This document shows positions 21,976 through 34,997 of a stretch of DNA of 64,000 bases, piece after piece. The stretch spans positions 74,524,001 to 74,588,000 of the forward strand of contig OZ024742.1 of NCBI GenBank assembly GCA_964016885.1, given 5' to 3'. The notes below the pieces were generated by a model. That model was given only the letters and a program-made list of their open reading frames with translations, had not been told where the DNA came from and did no database searches. The position numbers and the translations under genes are program-made. Each line of letters begins with the position of its first letter. Position 1 is the stretch's first letter. The DNA is from Eledone cirrhosa. Its lineage: Eukaryota.

Positions 21976-23300
21976 TTGTAATGTGGGGGGAGGGAGTTAT
22001 GTATGATAGTGTGGTGGTTGTAAGGTGGGGCGTGAGGTTGTGTATGATAGTGTGGTGGTGGTATTGTGGGGGAGGGGAGGGGGTGTTATGTATGATAGTG
22101 TGGTGGTGGTAATGTGGGGGAGGAGGGAGGGGGTTTTATGTATGATAGTGTGGTGGTGGTAATGTGGGGGAGGAGGGAGGGGGTTTTATGTATGATAGTG
22201 TGGTGGTGGTAATGTGGGGGAGGAGGGAGGGGGTTTTATGTATGATAGTGTGGTGGTGGTAATGTGGGGGGAGGGTGGTGTTATGTATGATAGTGTGGTG
22301 GTGGTAATGTGGGGGAGGAGGGAGGGGGTTTTATGTATGATAGTGTGGTGGTGGTAATGTGGGGGGAGGGTGGGGTTATGTATGATAGTGTGGTGGTGGT
22401 AATGTGGGGGGAGGGTGGGGTTATGTATGATAGTCTGGTGGTAGTAATGTGGGGGGAGGGTGGGGTTATGTATGATAGTGTGGTGGTGGTAATGTGGGGG
22501 AGGAGGGAGGGGGTGTTATGTATGATAGTGCTGGTGGTAATGAGGAGGGAGGAGGGGGTATTATGTATGATAGTGTGATGGTAATGAGGAGGGAGGGGGT
22601 GTTATGTATGATAGTGTGATGGTAATGAGGAGGGAGGGGGTGTTATGTATGATAGTGTGATGGTGGTAATGTGGGGGAGGAGGGAGGGGATGTTATGTAT
22701 GATAGTGCTGGTGGTAATGAGGAGGGAGGAGGGGGTATTATGTATGATAGTGTGATGGTAATGAGGAGGGAGGGGGTGTTATGTATGATAGTGTGATGGT
22801 AATGAGGAGGGAGGGGGTGTTATGTATGATAGTGTGATGGTGGTAATGTGGGGGAGGAGGGAGGGGATGTTATGTATGATAGTGCTGGTGGTAATGAGGA
22901 GGGAGGAGGGGGTATTATGTATGATAGTGTGATGGTAATGAGGAGGGAGGGGGTGTTATGTATGATAGTGTGATGGTGGTAATGAGGGGGAGGAGTGAGG
23001 GATGTTTTATATATGATAGTGTGGTGGTGGTAATGTGGGGGAGGGAGGAGGGGGTGTTATGTATGATAGTGTGATGGTAAATGAGGAGGGAGGGGGTATT
23101 ATGTATGATAGTGTGATTGTAATGAGGAGGGAGGGGGTGTTATGTATGATAGTGTGATGGTAAATGAGGAGGGAGGGGGTGTTATGTATGATAGTGTGAT
23201 GGTAATGAGGAGGGAGGGGGTGTTATGTATGATAGTGTGATGGTAATGAGGAGGGAGGGGGTGTTATGTATGAGAGTGTGATGGTAAATGAGGAGGGAGA
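21975..23300. repeat. G-rich minisatellite, unit about 40-46 bp (ttatgtatgatagtgtggtggtggtaatgtggggggaggagggagggggt)
   Basis: About 30 recurrences of the tatgtatgatagtg anchor, with unit variants changing along the array. Confidence 0.92.
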
Positions 23301-24130
23301 GTTAGAGTTATTCAAAATGGTTTCTATTAGAGTTGTTACTGTTGTCAACCACATAACATGGGAATACTGTTAAAGTGAATGAATAAAAATAGAAACCTTG
23401 TTTGTTTTATTTGTCTTTTGTTGGTATTTTCATTGCAATCACTTCCAAATATCAAAATTGTCAACATGCGCCATTACACAGTAAAAATTATTTAATAAAA
23501 ACCATTCAGATTTATTATAGCGTTTAACTGGCTAAACAACGCCATGCTACCTTTCTATTATAATGGCGTCATCATTTTATTTGATTCCGTGTCTAACCAA
23601 GCGCAACTCCTTTCTCTACACTGAGGTAATTCACCTATTGTCAATCACCGAACCTAATAACATTGGACGGCTGCTGTCCGCCCGTTTCATTAATTTTCGA
23701 CGGGTGTTCCATTTCTTAGAATTCAAGAAATATTCTAACCCCTTATTTCAGGTTTGTCCGACATACGTCAGGAGGTGAGATTGTTTATATTTACTGGCCG
23801 ATAGATAAGGCTTAAAAATAACGCGAAGATAATCAGCCTCGTGTTGGTGTAACAGTAGCGAAACATACGATATTGCTGTCTACTTTTCCGTCTCTATCGG
23901 GCTGAAACTAAAAATCCTGCTTTGAAGCAACTAACTTTCAGCTAAGATACATTATATATATATATATACGGCAACACTCATCTTTTTCCATTTCTCCGAG
24001 GGTTATAAACCCCACTATCAGGCTAGAAATTTATTTAGTCTAAAATACGGTGAAAGCTTATAATTTCTAATTTCAAACTCGCGCACCATTTCAAAAACAT
24101 ACTTACATGTTTACGTTTATAATTTGCTTG

Positions 24131-24180
<50 letters not shown>

Positions 24181-24188
<8 letters not shown>

Positions 24189-24384
24189 ATACTTTGGGAG
24201 GGTCATGTTGCCAATAAGAAACACACGCACCAGTTGCTTTCACTTCAATTTATTATAATAAATTGGAGTGAAAGCAACTGGTGTGTGTGTTTCTTATTGG
24301 CAACATGACCCTCCCAAAGTATAACAATATCGGTTTCAACACACGTTTTCAGATAAAGAATCTTGCTAAACAAATTCAGAAACG

Positions 24385-24390
<6 letters not shown>
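24181..24390. mobile_element. Fold-back element in (TA)n
   Basis: Near-perfect palindrome with about 75-bp arms centred on atttattataataaat, plus a 60-bp unpaired tail. Confidence 0.7.
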
Positions 24391-24424
<34 letters not shown>

Positions 24425-25288
24425 GGAATAGAATGAAACGAAATTTCATTTCTCACTCTTAGTACGGCACTTACTTAAATGTAAGTATGTATGTATACGT
24501 ACATACATATATGTATACAGACGTACAGTAGTATGTATATATATACACACATGCACACATATCTACATGCACGTATCGGTTTACCGAACATTTATTATAA
24601 TGCTCGCTTTGTTTGTTTGTAAACAAACAAACAAACAGCCCGAATTATGCCGTACAGTGTTTAGGCAATCACGTCACCTTTTTGTTCAATACTGACACAG
24701 GAACGATGTACTAGTTTCAAGTAAATATATATATATATATATATAAAGGTTAACATATACATAAAGTTATAGATATATACATGTTGCAACTGGTCACTTT
24801 TAAGCTCTATGAAGAATTAATAAATTAAAAAATTAAAAAATTAGAAAATCAGAGCATTACATCATAAATCATGTCTTTAGAATCATCAGATAATAAAATA
24901 TATACTATTTCTTCTTCTAATTAGCATAATTAACCATATAAAAAATCAATCAGAACAAGCTATAAGAATAAATGCTCTTATGGAGAAATCTCCGACAAAT
25001 AACCGAACGTAGCCTCTTCGCGGCGGCCTCAATCGAGTATTTATCCAACATTTCGACAGCATGTAGAAACTGACTAAATATACCATCAACCATACACAAT
25101 TAGGTGTAAAATTAAACTTAGAAGAAATCCGCACATACCGTAATTATATCTCTACCATGGTTTCTTCTTTATTTTAGACCTCCAAATAATAGGAATGTCC
25201 TGAGTTAGGATTCATCAGGAGACAAACTCAAAATCAGACATCTAGTTTTTCAATCCGATCCCGCCAAAAATAGATTCAAATAGTTTTT

Positions 25289-25570
<282 letters not shown>

Positions 25571-25589
25571 AACATAATCAGTATACACT

Positions 25590-25880
25590 GAGGATGAAAA
25601 ACTCAGAGCTGTATGGGAGCCTCCCAAAAGTAGCTCAAAAGTGACACAGAGGAGACTGAGGTTAGCTGGACATGCTCACCGACATCCAGAGTTGACACTG
25701 CACTCAGGGCTCCTCTGGGAACCCCTGCATGGACACACTGGAAGAGGAAGACGAAGATTAACGTATGTTGATGTCCTAAGGACAGACACTGGTCTGTTGG
25801 AGACGCAGAACATGGCAGCGATAATGAGGGACAGAGATCGCTGGAGAGAACTCGTCCATGGATCTCGGGAAGTTTAGCAG

Positions 25881-25882
<2 letters not shown>
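25590..25882 (+). pseudogene. RTE-like LINE 3' fragment
   Basis: ELYGSLP...RRLRLAGH..RH...GRGR...DRDRWR C-terminal motifs, followed by (TA)n. Confidence 0.8.
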
Positions 25883-25965
<83 letters not shown>

Positions 25966-25986
25966 ATATATATATATATATATATA

Positions 25987-26277
<291 letters not shown>

Positions 26278-26757
26278 TATATATAGAGAAATACACAAAG
26301 AGGTATGTGTTCAATTATAGGGGATAGAATACCACCAGAGTGAAAACCATATTGTCTACGAACAGAATGGAGAATACATATCAATTAAAAGAATAAATTA
26401 AAACGTACAGACCATTTGTTTATAACAATATCCCCTGGACATGCAGTAAGCATATTTTGCCACAAATAAAGTGTGGAATCATACCGCTGACGGCTTATCA
26501 ACAGGAGGGTCAAACAATACGATCCACCCTTCTAAAAATATATCAGACAACTAGCAAACGTTTTAGAGGTGCAAATTAATTGCGTCCGTAGGTGGTATAC
26601 CAAGATGAGCACTCGATGCTTGTGGGGAACAGAGTATCAATAATAATAATATATAAGGGATCAAAGTATGAATGTTGCATCATATACATATTTAATTACA
26701 TATTACATATTACACTTAGGCGCGAGTTTACATGTGAACACATATCTGAGGAGCTTT

Positions 26758-26853
<96 letters not shown>

Positions 26854-26990
26854 TTGCCACCGACCAAGTAGGCAGTGATTTTTTCAATGTCTTGGAATTT
26901 AGTCCACGCTTGCTTTTTTCCATCCACTGAATTATTTTTGTATAAGTTCCCTGTGTCCACGCATCGCCTGGGAACTTAGCTGACAACAGA

Positions 26991-27058
26991 CTTCCTGATG
27001 ACGAAAGGCTTTTCCATGCTTTCCATTTGTAAACCTTTCAGAAACTAATTAGTTGGAG
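26991..27058 (+). ncRNA. Type I hammerhead ribozyme motif in a short element (about 26845-27110) homologous to 33410-33600
   Basis: cttc-CTGATGA-c-gaaagg...cctttc-a-GAAA-ctaattag-TT-ggag. Confidence 0.7.
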
Positions 27059-27107
27059 TGAAATTTTAGTAAGTAAGTTAATTTTTATAATTTTCTTATT
27101 TTACGTC

Positions 27108-27268
<161 letters not shown>

Positions 27269-27599
27269 GCACATACATATATGTATGCATGTACAAATGA
27301 CAGTAGTAGCACTAAGACACCATTTAAGCATAATAGGGGTGTATATGAAGAGATATATAAACATATATAATCCGTTCATATACAATAAACATGAGTAGCC
27401 TCACTGTCGAAGAAAAATATTTATTCGCATCGAAACGAAACGGAAAAAAAAAATGATATATTTTCTCTATTTTCTCTATAAATATATTTTGAGAGTATCA
27501 GACAACGCTGTTTCAAGATTCGTTAATTGTTTATCAGTGACACTCACTGAGAACACACTGGCATGAAAAGCAGAAAACAACAGCTGGAAGTGTCTATTT

Positions 27600-27830
27600 G
27601 CATATAGTGCAAGCTTGCCTTGTTATATCTAATTAGTGGTAGCACCAAGACAGCGTTTTAGCACACCACTCCACTGATGTAGTCGAAGGAAAAGGCAAAA
27701 TCTGATAAAGCTTGGCACAAGTGACGTCACAACTCATTTCCAGCTAAATGAACTGGCGCAACATGAAATAAAGTGTCTTGCTCATGGACACAGGGCTTTA
27801 CTCGGACCGGGAATCGAACTCACACTAACC
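27600..27830 (-). mobile_element. CORE-type SINE fragment
   Basis: Reverse strand has a gagttcgattccc B-box and gcaagacactttatttcatgttgcgccagttcatttagctg, similar to 43870-44150. Confidence 0.55.
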
Positions 27831-28149
27831 TGCGTGATTTCACATACTCATACACACACAAATATATAGGGAAAATAATGATAAAGAAAATAATTTAGTT
27901 CATGCAAAATAAGTTATAGTTTGGTTTTAAAAGTATAGATAGGTTTTCGTGATTATCTAATTAGTTGACACCAACCAGTTTCTCTCTGAGTAGCTTTTCA
28001 AAGTTTCATTTGATTTGTGTTGGTATTGGATACAATTTTTCTCTCGTGTCGTATTGAGTTATATCCTTCACGTGTTGTTGTTTTTCTGAAACAAGGGACG
28101 TAACTGCTTGCTTTTAACGAAAAAAATGTGATTTGATTAGATATATTGT

Positions 28150-28596
28150 GTAAAGGATTGAAATTTACACCAACTCCTCAAAAAACAAATATATCAGAAG
28201 CTAAAGATGATATTTCCGTCTTCTGCAGAAGAAAACCACTATGAATCATTAATCAAACACAAAAACGAATATCAACCCCAAAAGCTGTGAATACAGTCTT
28301 TGATGAATTTTGTAAATATATTTCAAACTTTCCAATTGACAAAAGTGGCTACGAGACAAACAAGGTCCAACTATAGAATCATCTAAACGATCGAAAACTG
28401 GAAAAATATATTGTTATAAAAAAGCTGACAAAGGCGGCGCTGTTGTCATTATCGACAAAGCACTACATTGTCGCATCACCTGTCTGAGGAGCAGACTCCC
28501 ATGGGTGACCTTGATCCAATCCTCTGCGAAATGCCCGAAACAGGTCGATACGCAATAAATATTTTTCATATGTAAACAAAACTTCCTCGTTTTTTC

Positions 28597-28600
<4 letters not shown>
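28150..28600 (+). pseudogene. Penelope-like element remnant with a degenerate hammerhead at 28488-28550
   Basis: KGLKFTPTP and IVIK.ADKGGAVVIID, the DKG motif N-terminal to PLE RT. Also CTGAGGA-gcaga...tctgc-GAAA. Confidence 0.7.
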
Positions 28601-28638
<38 letters not shown>

Positions 28639-28678
28639 ATATATATATATATATATGTGTGTGTATGGATAGGGAGGC

Positions 28679-28784
<106 letters not shown>

Positions 28785-29049
28785 AGATACACATACATAT
28801 AAATACATAAGTATAAACACATATGTGTTTTGCTCCATGAATGTGAATGAATGAATGAAATAATCAATTAATCGGAGCGATATAAAATTATAAGTGTGAA
28901 GAGCAAATAGATAAAAATATACCTAATATTTCTTCAAAGTCCGGGCCGCTGCAGTTTCACCGATTGGTATGTAGCCAAAATGGAATTAAAGGGCCAGGTC
29001 CCTTCCAGCTTGCCATTCCTGGAACAAATTGTTTGACATCACTGGAGTA

Positions 29050-29468
29050 AATAATTGTTTCTACTTTTGGCACAAGGCCATCAATTATCCCAGTGTATTA
29101 CTGGTGCTTTATTTTATCAACCCCGTAAGGATGAAAGGCAAAGTTAACCTCGGCGGGATTTGAACTCAGAATGGCAAGGGCCGTAACTCTATGCTGGAAA
29201 GCATGGCGTCTGACCCTCTACCGATACTGCCAATCCACCTTTCTCATTTTGTTTTAGTTGATGTCTTACTCTTTGAAAGCACTACGAGAAGGATTGGCAG
29301 TATCGGTAGAGGGTCGGACGCCATGCTTTTCAGCATAGAGTTATGACCCTTTATAGTCTGAGTTCAAATCCTGCCGAGGTTAACTTTGCCTTTTATCCTT
29401 ACCGAGTCGATAAAATAAAGCACCAGTAATGCTGGTAATTGCTGGCATTGTGCCAAAAGTACAAATAA
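29050..29468. mobile_element. Head-to-head pair of Meta-domain SINEs (29050-29240 on -, 29290-29468 on +)
   Basis: Both match 53845-54020 and are inverted around a spacer of about 50 bp. Confidence 0.8.
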
Positions 29469-29469
29469 T

Positions 29470-29910
29470 TATTATGAGGAGAAGGTATTCCCCAGATGTT
29501 GTTCCCGAATTCAGTTGCCTCTACAGGATCAGGAAGCACGTTCTCCGTTTTGCATTTACCATCGAGTACTTGATTAAACTGAGAAGGTTTTGATCGAAAA
29601 AGTTTATTTTGATAGAATTGCTGTTGTTGATTTTCAAAATTCCGTATCTTCAGACTGCCACAGTGTATTTGTGTCTTAAGCTGACTGATCACACTAATAT
29701 AGCCGACAACTTCAAGATCATACTTTTTGTTCAAAGTCGCTCTTTCTTTAGAGGTCAGATTATGATTTCCCTCCATTAATTCTTCCTGGAGACTAAGATG
29801 TTTTCTCCAGTCAATGAATGTATCTCAATTCTACGTTTCCAGATTGGTGCTTCTATTTCTCCCCCGTTTGCCCTTTTTGGGGGCTTTGACTCCCAGTCAC
29901 TAGGCAACTA
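29470..29910 (-). pseudogene. Degraded R4/Dong-like ORF fragment
   Basis: KIRNFEN..QFYQNKLF...PDPVEATEF..NIW....HN aligns by eye to KIRRYEN..QYKQNRMF...PGAEQAKTFW.GIW....HN in ORF 17054-19906. Confidence 0.7.
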
Positions 29911-29944
29911 ATAATAATACTGCACAGGTAATAATGATAATAAT

Positions 29945-30150
29945 AATTGTTTCTACTGTAGGCACAAGGCTAGCAATTTGTAGTGGAGGATAAAGTCGAT
30001 TAAATCGATCCCAGTGCATCACTGGTGCTTTATTTTATCGATTCCATAAGGATGAAAGGCAAAGCTAAACTCGGCGGGATTTGAACACAGAACGTAAAAG
30101 GACGTAACTCTATGCTGCAAAGCATGTTGTCCGAATCCCTACCGATACTG
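29945..30150 (-). mobile_element. Meta-domain tRNA-SINE
   Basis: Same family as 29050-29240. Confidence 0.7.
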
Positions 30151-30529
30151 TACATAAATTAAGAAATAAAAAATGTAGACTATGTAGAAGGGATATTAGG
30201 CGAGGAGAGATTTTAATAACATACATGTCCTATATAAGTTGGGTTCAGTCATCGGTATATTGGTTTGGGTCTCCTCACTCAAGAAAAATTCTCTGGGAAT
30301 CCTTCCCTAAAAATAACTTTTCAGCTCTTTTCAATTTTGAGACGAACTCCCTCCTTTCGGGGCCTGAAATCAGAGAGTTCCGACTTTTAAAATTTTGTTC
30401 AGAGGCACAAGTTACACTTAATATAGTGAAGGTGAGTGAAGCTAGCACTGTAAACAAGAACTAAGCTTGCGGTGAATCGTGTGTGTGTGTATGTGTGTGT
30501 ATGTCTCTTACTCTCTCTCTGTATATGAC

Positions 30530-30935
<406 letters not shown>

Positions 30936-31297
30936 GTTCAATGGAATGTAAGTGATGCATGGTATGTTTCTCAATATGAGAAACCTATCCAAGAGAGGCT
31001 TAGTTCGATAGAAACGGAAATATTAAGAGATGATTCGTGAACATTTAGGAGGAAAGAAAACAACATTTTCAGTGATGTTTGGCTCCAATCGACGTTTTTA
31101 GAATTGTTTGAATTCTGCGAGGAATTAACATAAAAAGCAGCCGATAAAGGCCGATAAAAGTTATTTGAAGTTGACAATTGTTCTCTATTGGTCCAGGAGA
31201 AATTTGGTTTCGAGATTATTGCCGGAGATCGCTGTATTATAAAAAAATGGAAGTAATTTGTACCTGCATTATATGTAGCTCAGATGTATGTGGGTGT

Positions 31298-31367
<70 letters not shown>

Positions 31368-31513
31368 ATGTGAATGTGTGCGCGCGCTTGTGCGTAAGTG
31401 TGCCTGTATAGATTCGTAATATATAGATAAAGGTACATATACTCACACACAATTACATATGTAAATATATGATAGAGGTTATAAATTGGTATGAATTTCT
31501 ATTAAGCGAAAAA

Positions 31514-31547
<34 letters not shown>

Positions 31548-31759
31548 TCAGCGAGAATCGCATTTCGGCGGGTAGAAAAAAACGAAACGTAACGCAAATT
31601 CCGAGTCATGCTGGCAAGCGCTCCATGGGCTAAAAAAGACCAGAGCAATAAACATAGGTTATAAAGGCCATACAAACTGAGAAGGCGGTCAAGAAGCCAT
31701 TAACCACCTAAGCCAAAAAACAAGTCAAGCTAAACAGGTCAGACAAAATAAATGACATA

Positions 31760-31862
<103 letters not shown>

Positions 31863-32334
31863 ATATATAACAAACCTGGACCCCTGGAATTTATGGTAAA
31901 ATCCAGTACAGGGTTTCCGTGACACCTAAATCAATAATACTGTCTGCTTAAAACAATAATCTTTTGGTATAATGATCGAACGAGGAATATCACGTTATCA
32001 ACAGGTATTTTGTTCTGCGCCAGTGTTGTGGATGACACAGTGTTTTGTAAAAGCACATGCGTAACTCACAGGGGAAAACCCCCAGATTTTGGCAAATGAA
32101 TTCAGTATGTGTAAATCCAAGCAAAACATTGCATAAATAGCACGGATCGAATACGCCCTCGACCGGGTAGTTTTTAAGATAAACTTATGCAATTAATCTG
32201 TCAATAGAATTATTAACAGGTTAATTGTAAGACTCGGGAGATTAATACAAGGAAGATTAATACAATATATATATATACATTTTATTAACTCTACTTTGGT
32301 ATTGAGTACACCTTTCTCTCAACGTCAACGACAT

Positions 32335-32405
<71 letters not shown>

Positions 32406-32435
32406 TATATATATATGTATGTATATATATATATA

Positions 32436-32470
<35 letters not shown>

Positions 32471-32825
32471 CATACATTAAAGTTACTTCTTACGTGTTAT
32501 ATATATATGTAGCAATTACAAGGAAGAGTCATTTTAGTCATTAAAAAACAAAACAAAAACGTTAAATTCATTAGGGGGGGGGGGGTCAGAATTTTAAAGA
32601 AATATGTGATAAATGTAAAATGAATTTCAGAATTTCTTTATTTCTAATTTTTTCTTGTTTTGAATAACTAAAACGACTCATTAATGTTTTAATTACTTTA
32701 GTTTCATCAACAGACGGTCTTAGATCAAGTCAATTGATAAACAAGTATAACTCGTCTATATATATATAATATATGTATGCATATATGTATATATATACAT
32801 ATGTATATATGTATATATATATACA

Positions 32826-33600
32826 TATAGATAATTTAATATATCTACTAACATAAGCGCACAGATGTACGCCAATGCCAGCAAATACACAGGTTATGTC
32901 ATAGTACCTAGGTGGTTCGATGCAGGAGAATGCAGAACAATAATATAAAAGACGTAAAATAAGAACATTTAAAAAAAAAATTTTTTTAAAATTAACTTAC
33001 TTACTTAAATTTTCACTCCAACTAATTTTCTTATTTTACGTCTTTTATATTATTGTTCTGCATTCTCCTGCATCGAACCACCTAGGTACTATGACATAAC
33101 CTGTGTATTTGCTGGTATTGGCGTACATCTGTGCGCTTATGTTAGTAGATATATTAAATTATCTATATTTATCTCCAAATCACTGATTTGTCGAGCAAAC
33201 CTGCCAAAACCACTTCTAAAAATTTTTTTTGGGGGTGTTAGTAGGCGCTTGTCATCATACCACCCCATTCCTACTGACTAGCCTCTGTGTCACGTGATTG
33301 ATTCTTTAGAATCGGCCATATGATCAGTGGCAGTGAGAATTTTCAGTAGCTGGAATCCAGTCCTCGATAGCTGTTCCATTTACCGAATTATTATTATTTT
33401 TATATGAGTCGCCAGTGTCCGCGCATCGCCTGGAGACTCGGCTGAGAATGACCTCCCTGATGACGCAATGAAATTCTCAACGGTTCATTACGTAACTGTC
33501 TTTATCCCATTGCAGAAACTAATTAGTTGGAGTGAAAATTTAAGTAAGTTAATTTTAAAAAAAATTTTTTTAAAAACTTTTCTTATTTTACGTCTTTTAT
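32826..33600 (+). mobile_element. Hammerhead-bearing element: monomer of about 550 bp with terminal redundancy and an inverted left arm
   Basis: 32826-32965 is the reverse complement of 33027-33167. ttttcttattttacgtcttttatat recurs near 33026 and 33578. Flanked by (TA)n. Confidence 0.75.
33453..33532 (+). ncRNA. Type I hammerhead ribozyme motif
   Basis: ctcc-CTGATGA-c-gcaatg...cattgc-a-GAAA-ctaattag-TT-ggag. Confidence 0.75.
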
Positions 33601-33651
33601 ATATATACATATGTATATATGTATGTATATATATATATACATATGTATACA

Positions 33652-33694
<43 letters not shown>

Positions 33695-33997
33695 TTATTA
33701 AAATAACAGATTAAAGTTTAAGCAAAGAATCGCTGCTTTCACCCTTAACGAGATCTTCTGAAACTAACAAAGTCAATCTGTGAACGCAGAACTGGACATT
33801 TCAAAGAAACGTTGCAACCGGAGGAAGACAGGAAGACGATACTTTGGTTCGTGGAAACGTTCGCTGGCAAAGAACGGGAAAAAACGAATAATACGTCATA
33901 TCTTGTAATTCTTCTTTAACAACAACAACAACAACAACAACGATTATTATGACGAATTTAACTGACGATCATAACGTTGATTATAAGATTACTCATA

Positions 33998-34000
<3 letters not shown>

Positions 34001-34049
<49 letters not shown>

Positions 34050-34456
34050 TATCATCGTTATCATCTTCACCACCACCATCATCATCATCATCATCTTCAT
34101 CATCATCATCGTTATCATCTCCACCACCATCATTATCATCATCACCATCACCATCACCATCACCATCATCATCATCATCATCGTTATCAACTACACCACC
34201 ATCATTATCATCATCATCATCACCATCATCATCATTATCATCATCATCATCGTTATCATCTCCACCACCATCATTATCATCATCACCATCACCACCACCA
34301 TCATTATCATCATCATCATCATCATCGTTATCATCTCCACCACCATCATTATCATCACCATCACCATCACCATCACCATCACCGTCATCATCATCATCGT
34401 TATCAACTCCACCACCACCATCATCATCATCATCATCATCATCAACAACAACAACG
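34001..34456. repeat. (CAT)n/(CAC)n compound microsatellite
   Basis: Direct inspection. Confidence 0.92.
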
Positions 34457-34952
34457 ATAGAAAGTATCATTAAACATATGACAGCAATGACAAATATTAT
34501 GTAGCCCATTATTTCTACAAATGTTACACTAGCAGCACCATTCATACAAAATATTCCTTTAATCATATAATGTTCACTTATGAAATTAGATAAAATGACG
34601 GTATTAACTGCATCAACCATCTCCAATCAGCTACTCCATTGACATATGTACATATACGTGCATATTTTGTTGCATAAACACATATACACATTTGTATGTA
34701 TGTATGTATGTATGTATGTATGTATGTATGTATGTATGTATGTATGTATGTATGTATGTATGTATGTATGTATGTATGTATGTATGTATGTATGCATGTA
34801 TGTTTGTATGTGTGTATGTATGTATGCATGTTTGTATGTATGTATGTATGTATGTTTATAAGTATATATGTTTGCATGTATGTGTGTTTGTATGTATGTA
34901 TGTTTGTATGTTTGTATGTTTCTACATACACATATATAAAGATATGTATATA

Positions 34953-34993
<41 letters not shown>

Positions 34994-34997
<4 letters not shown>

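Noticed and set aside
20947-22578. Gly-, Val- and Thr-rich ORFs
   Set aside because: They are translations of the (GGT)n tract and the minisatellite.
21975-23300. Regularly spaced repeats resembling a CRISPR array
   Set aside because: There are no unique spacers and no cas genes, and the context is eukaryotic.
26407-26552. Open minus-strand segment between an AG and a GT (KGGSYCLTLL...NKWS)
   Set aside because: No recognisable homology or in-phase partner exon. Expected by chance at this length.
30942-30963. tggaatgtaa, a miR-1-like seed
   Set aside because: The rest of the mature sequence does not match and there is no proper precursor hairpin.
33949-34626. Asp-, Ser- and Ile-rich ORFs of up to 222 aa
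   Set aside because: They come from the (CAT)n microsatellite, which is open in several frames.
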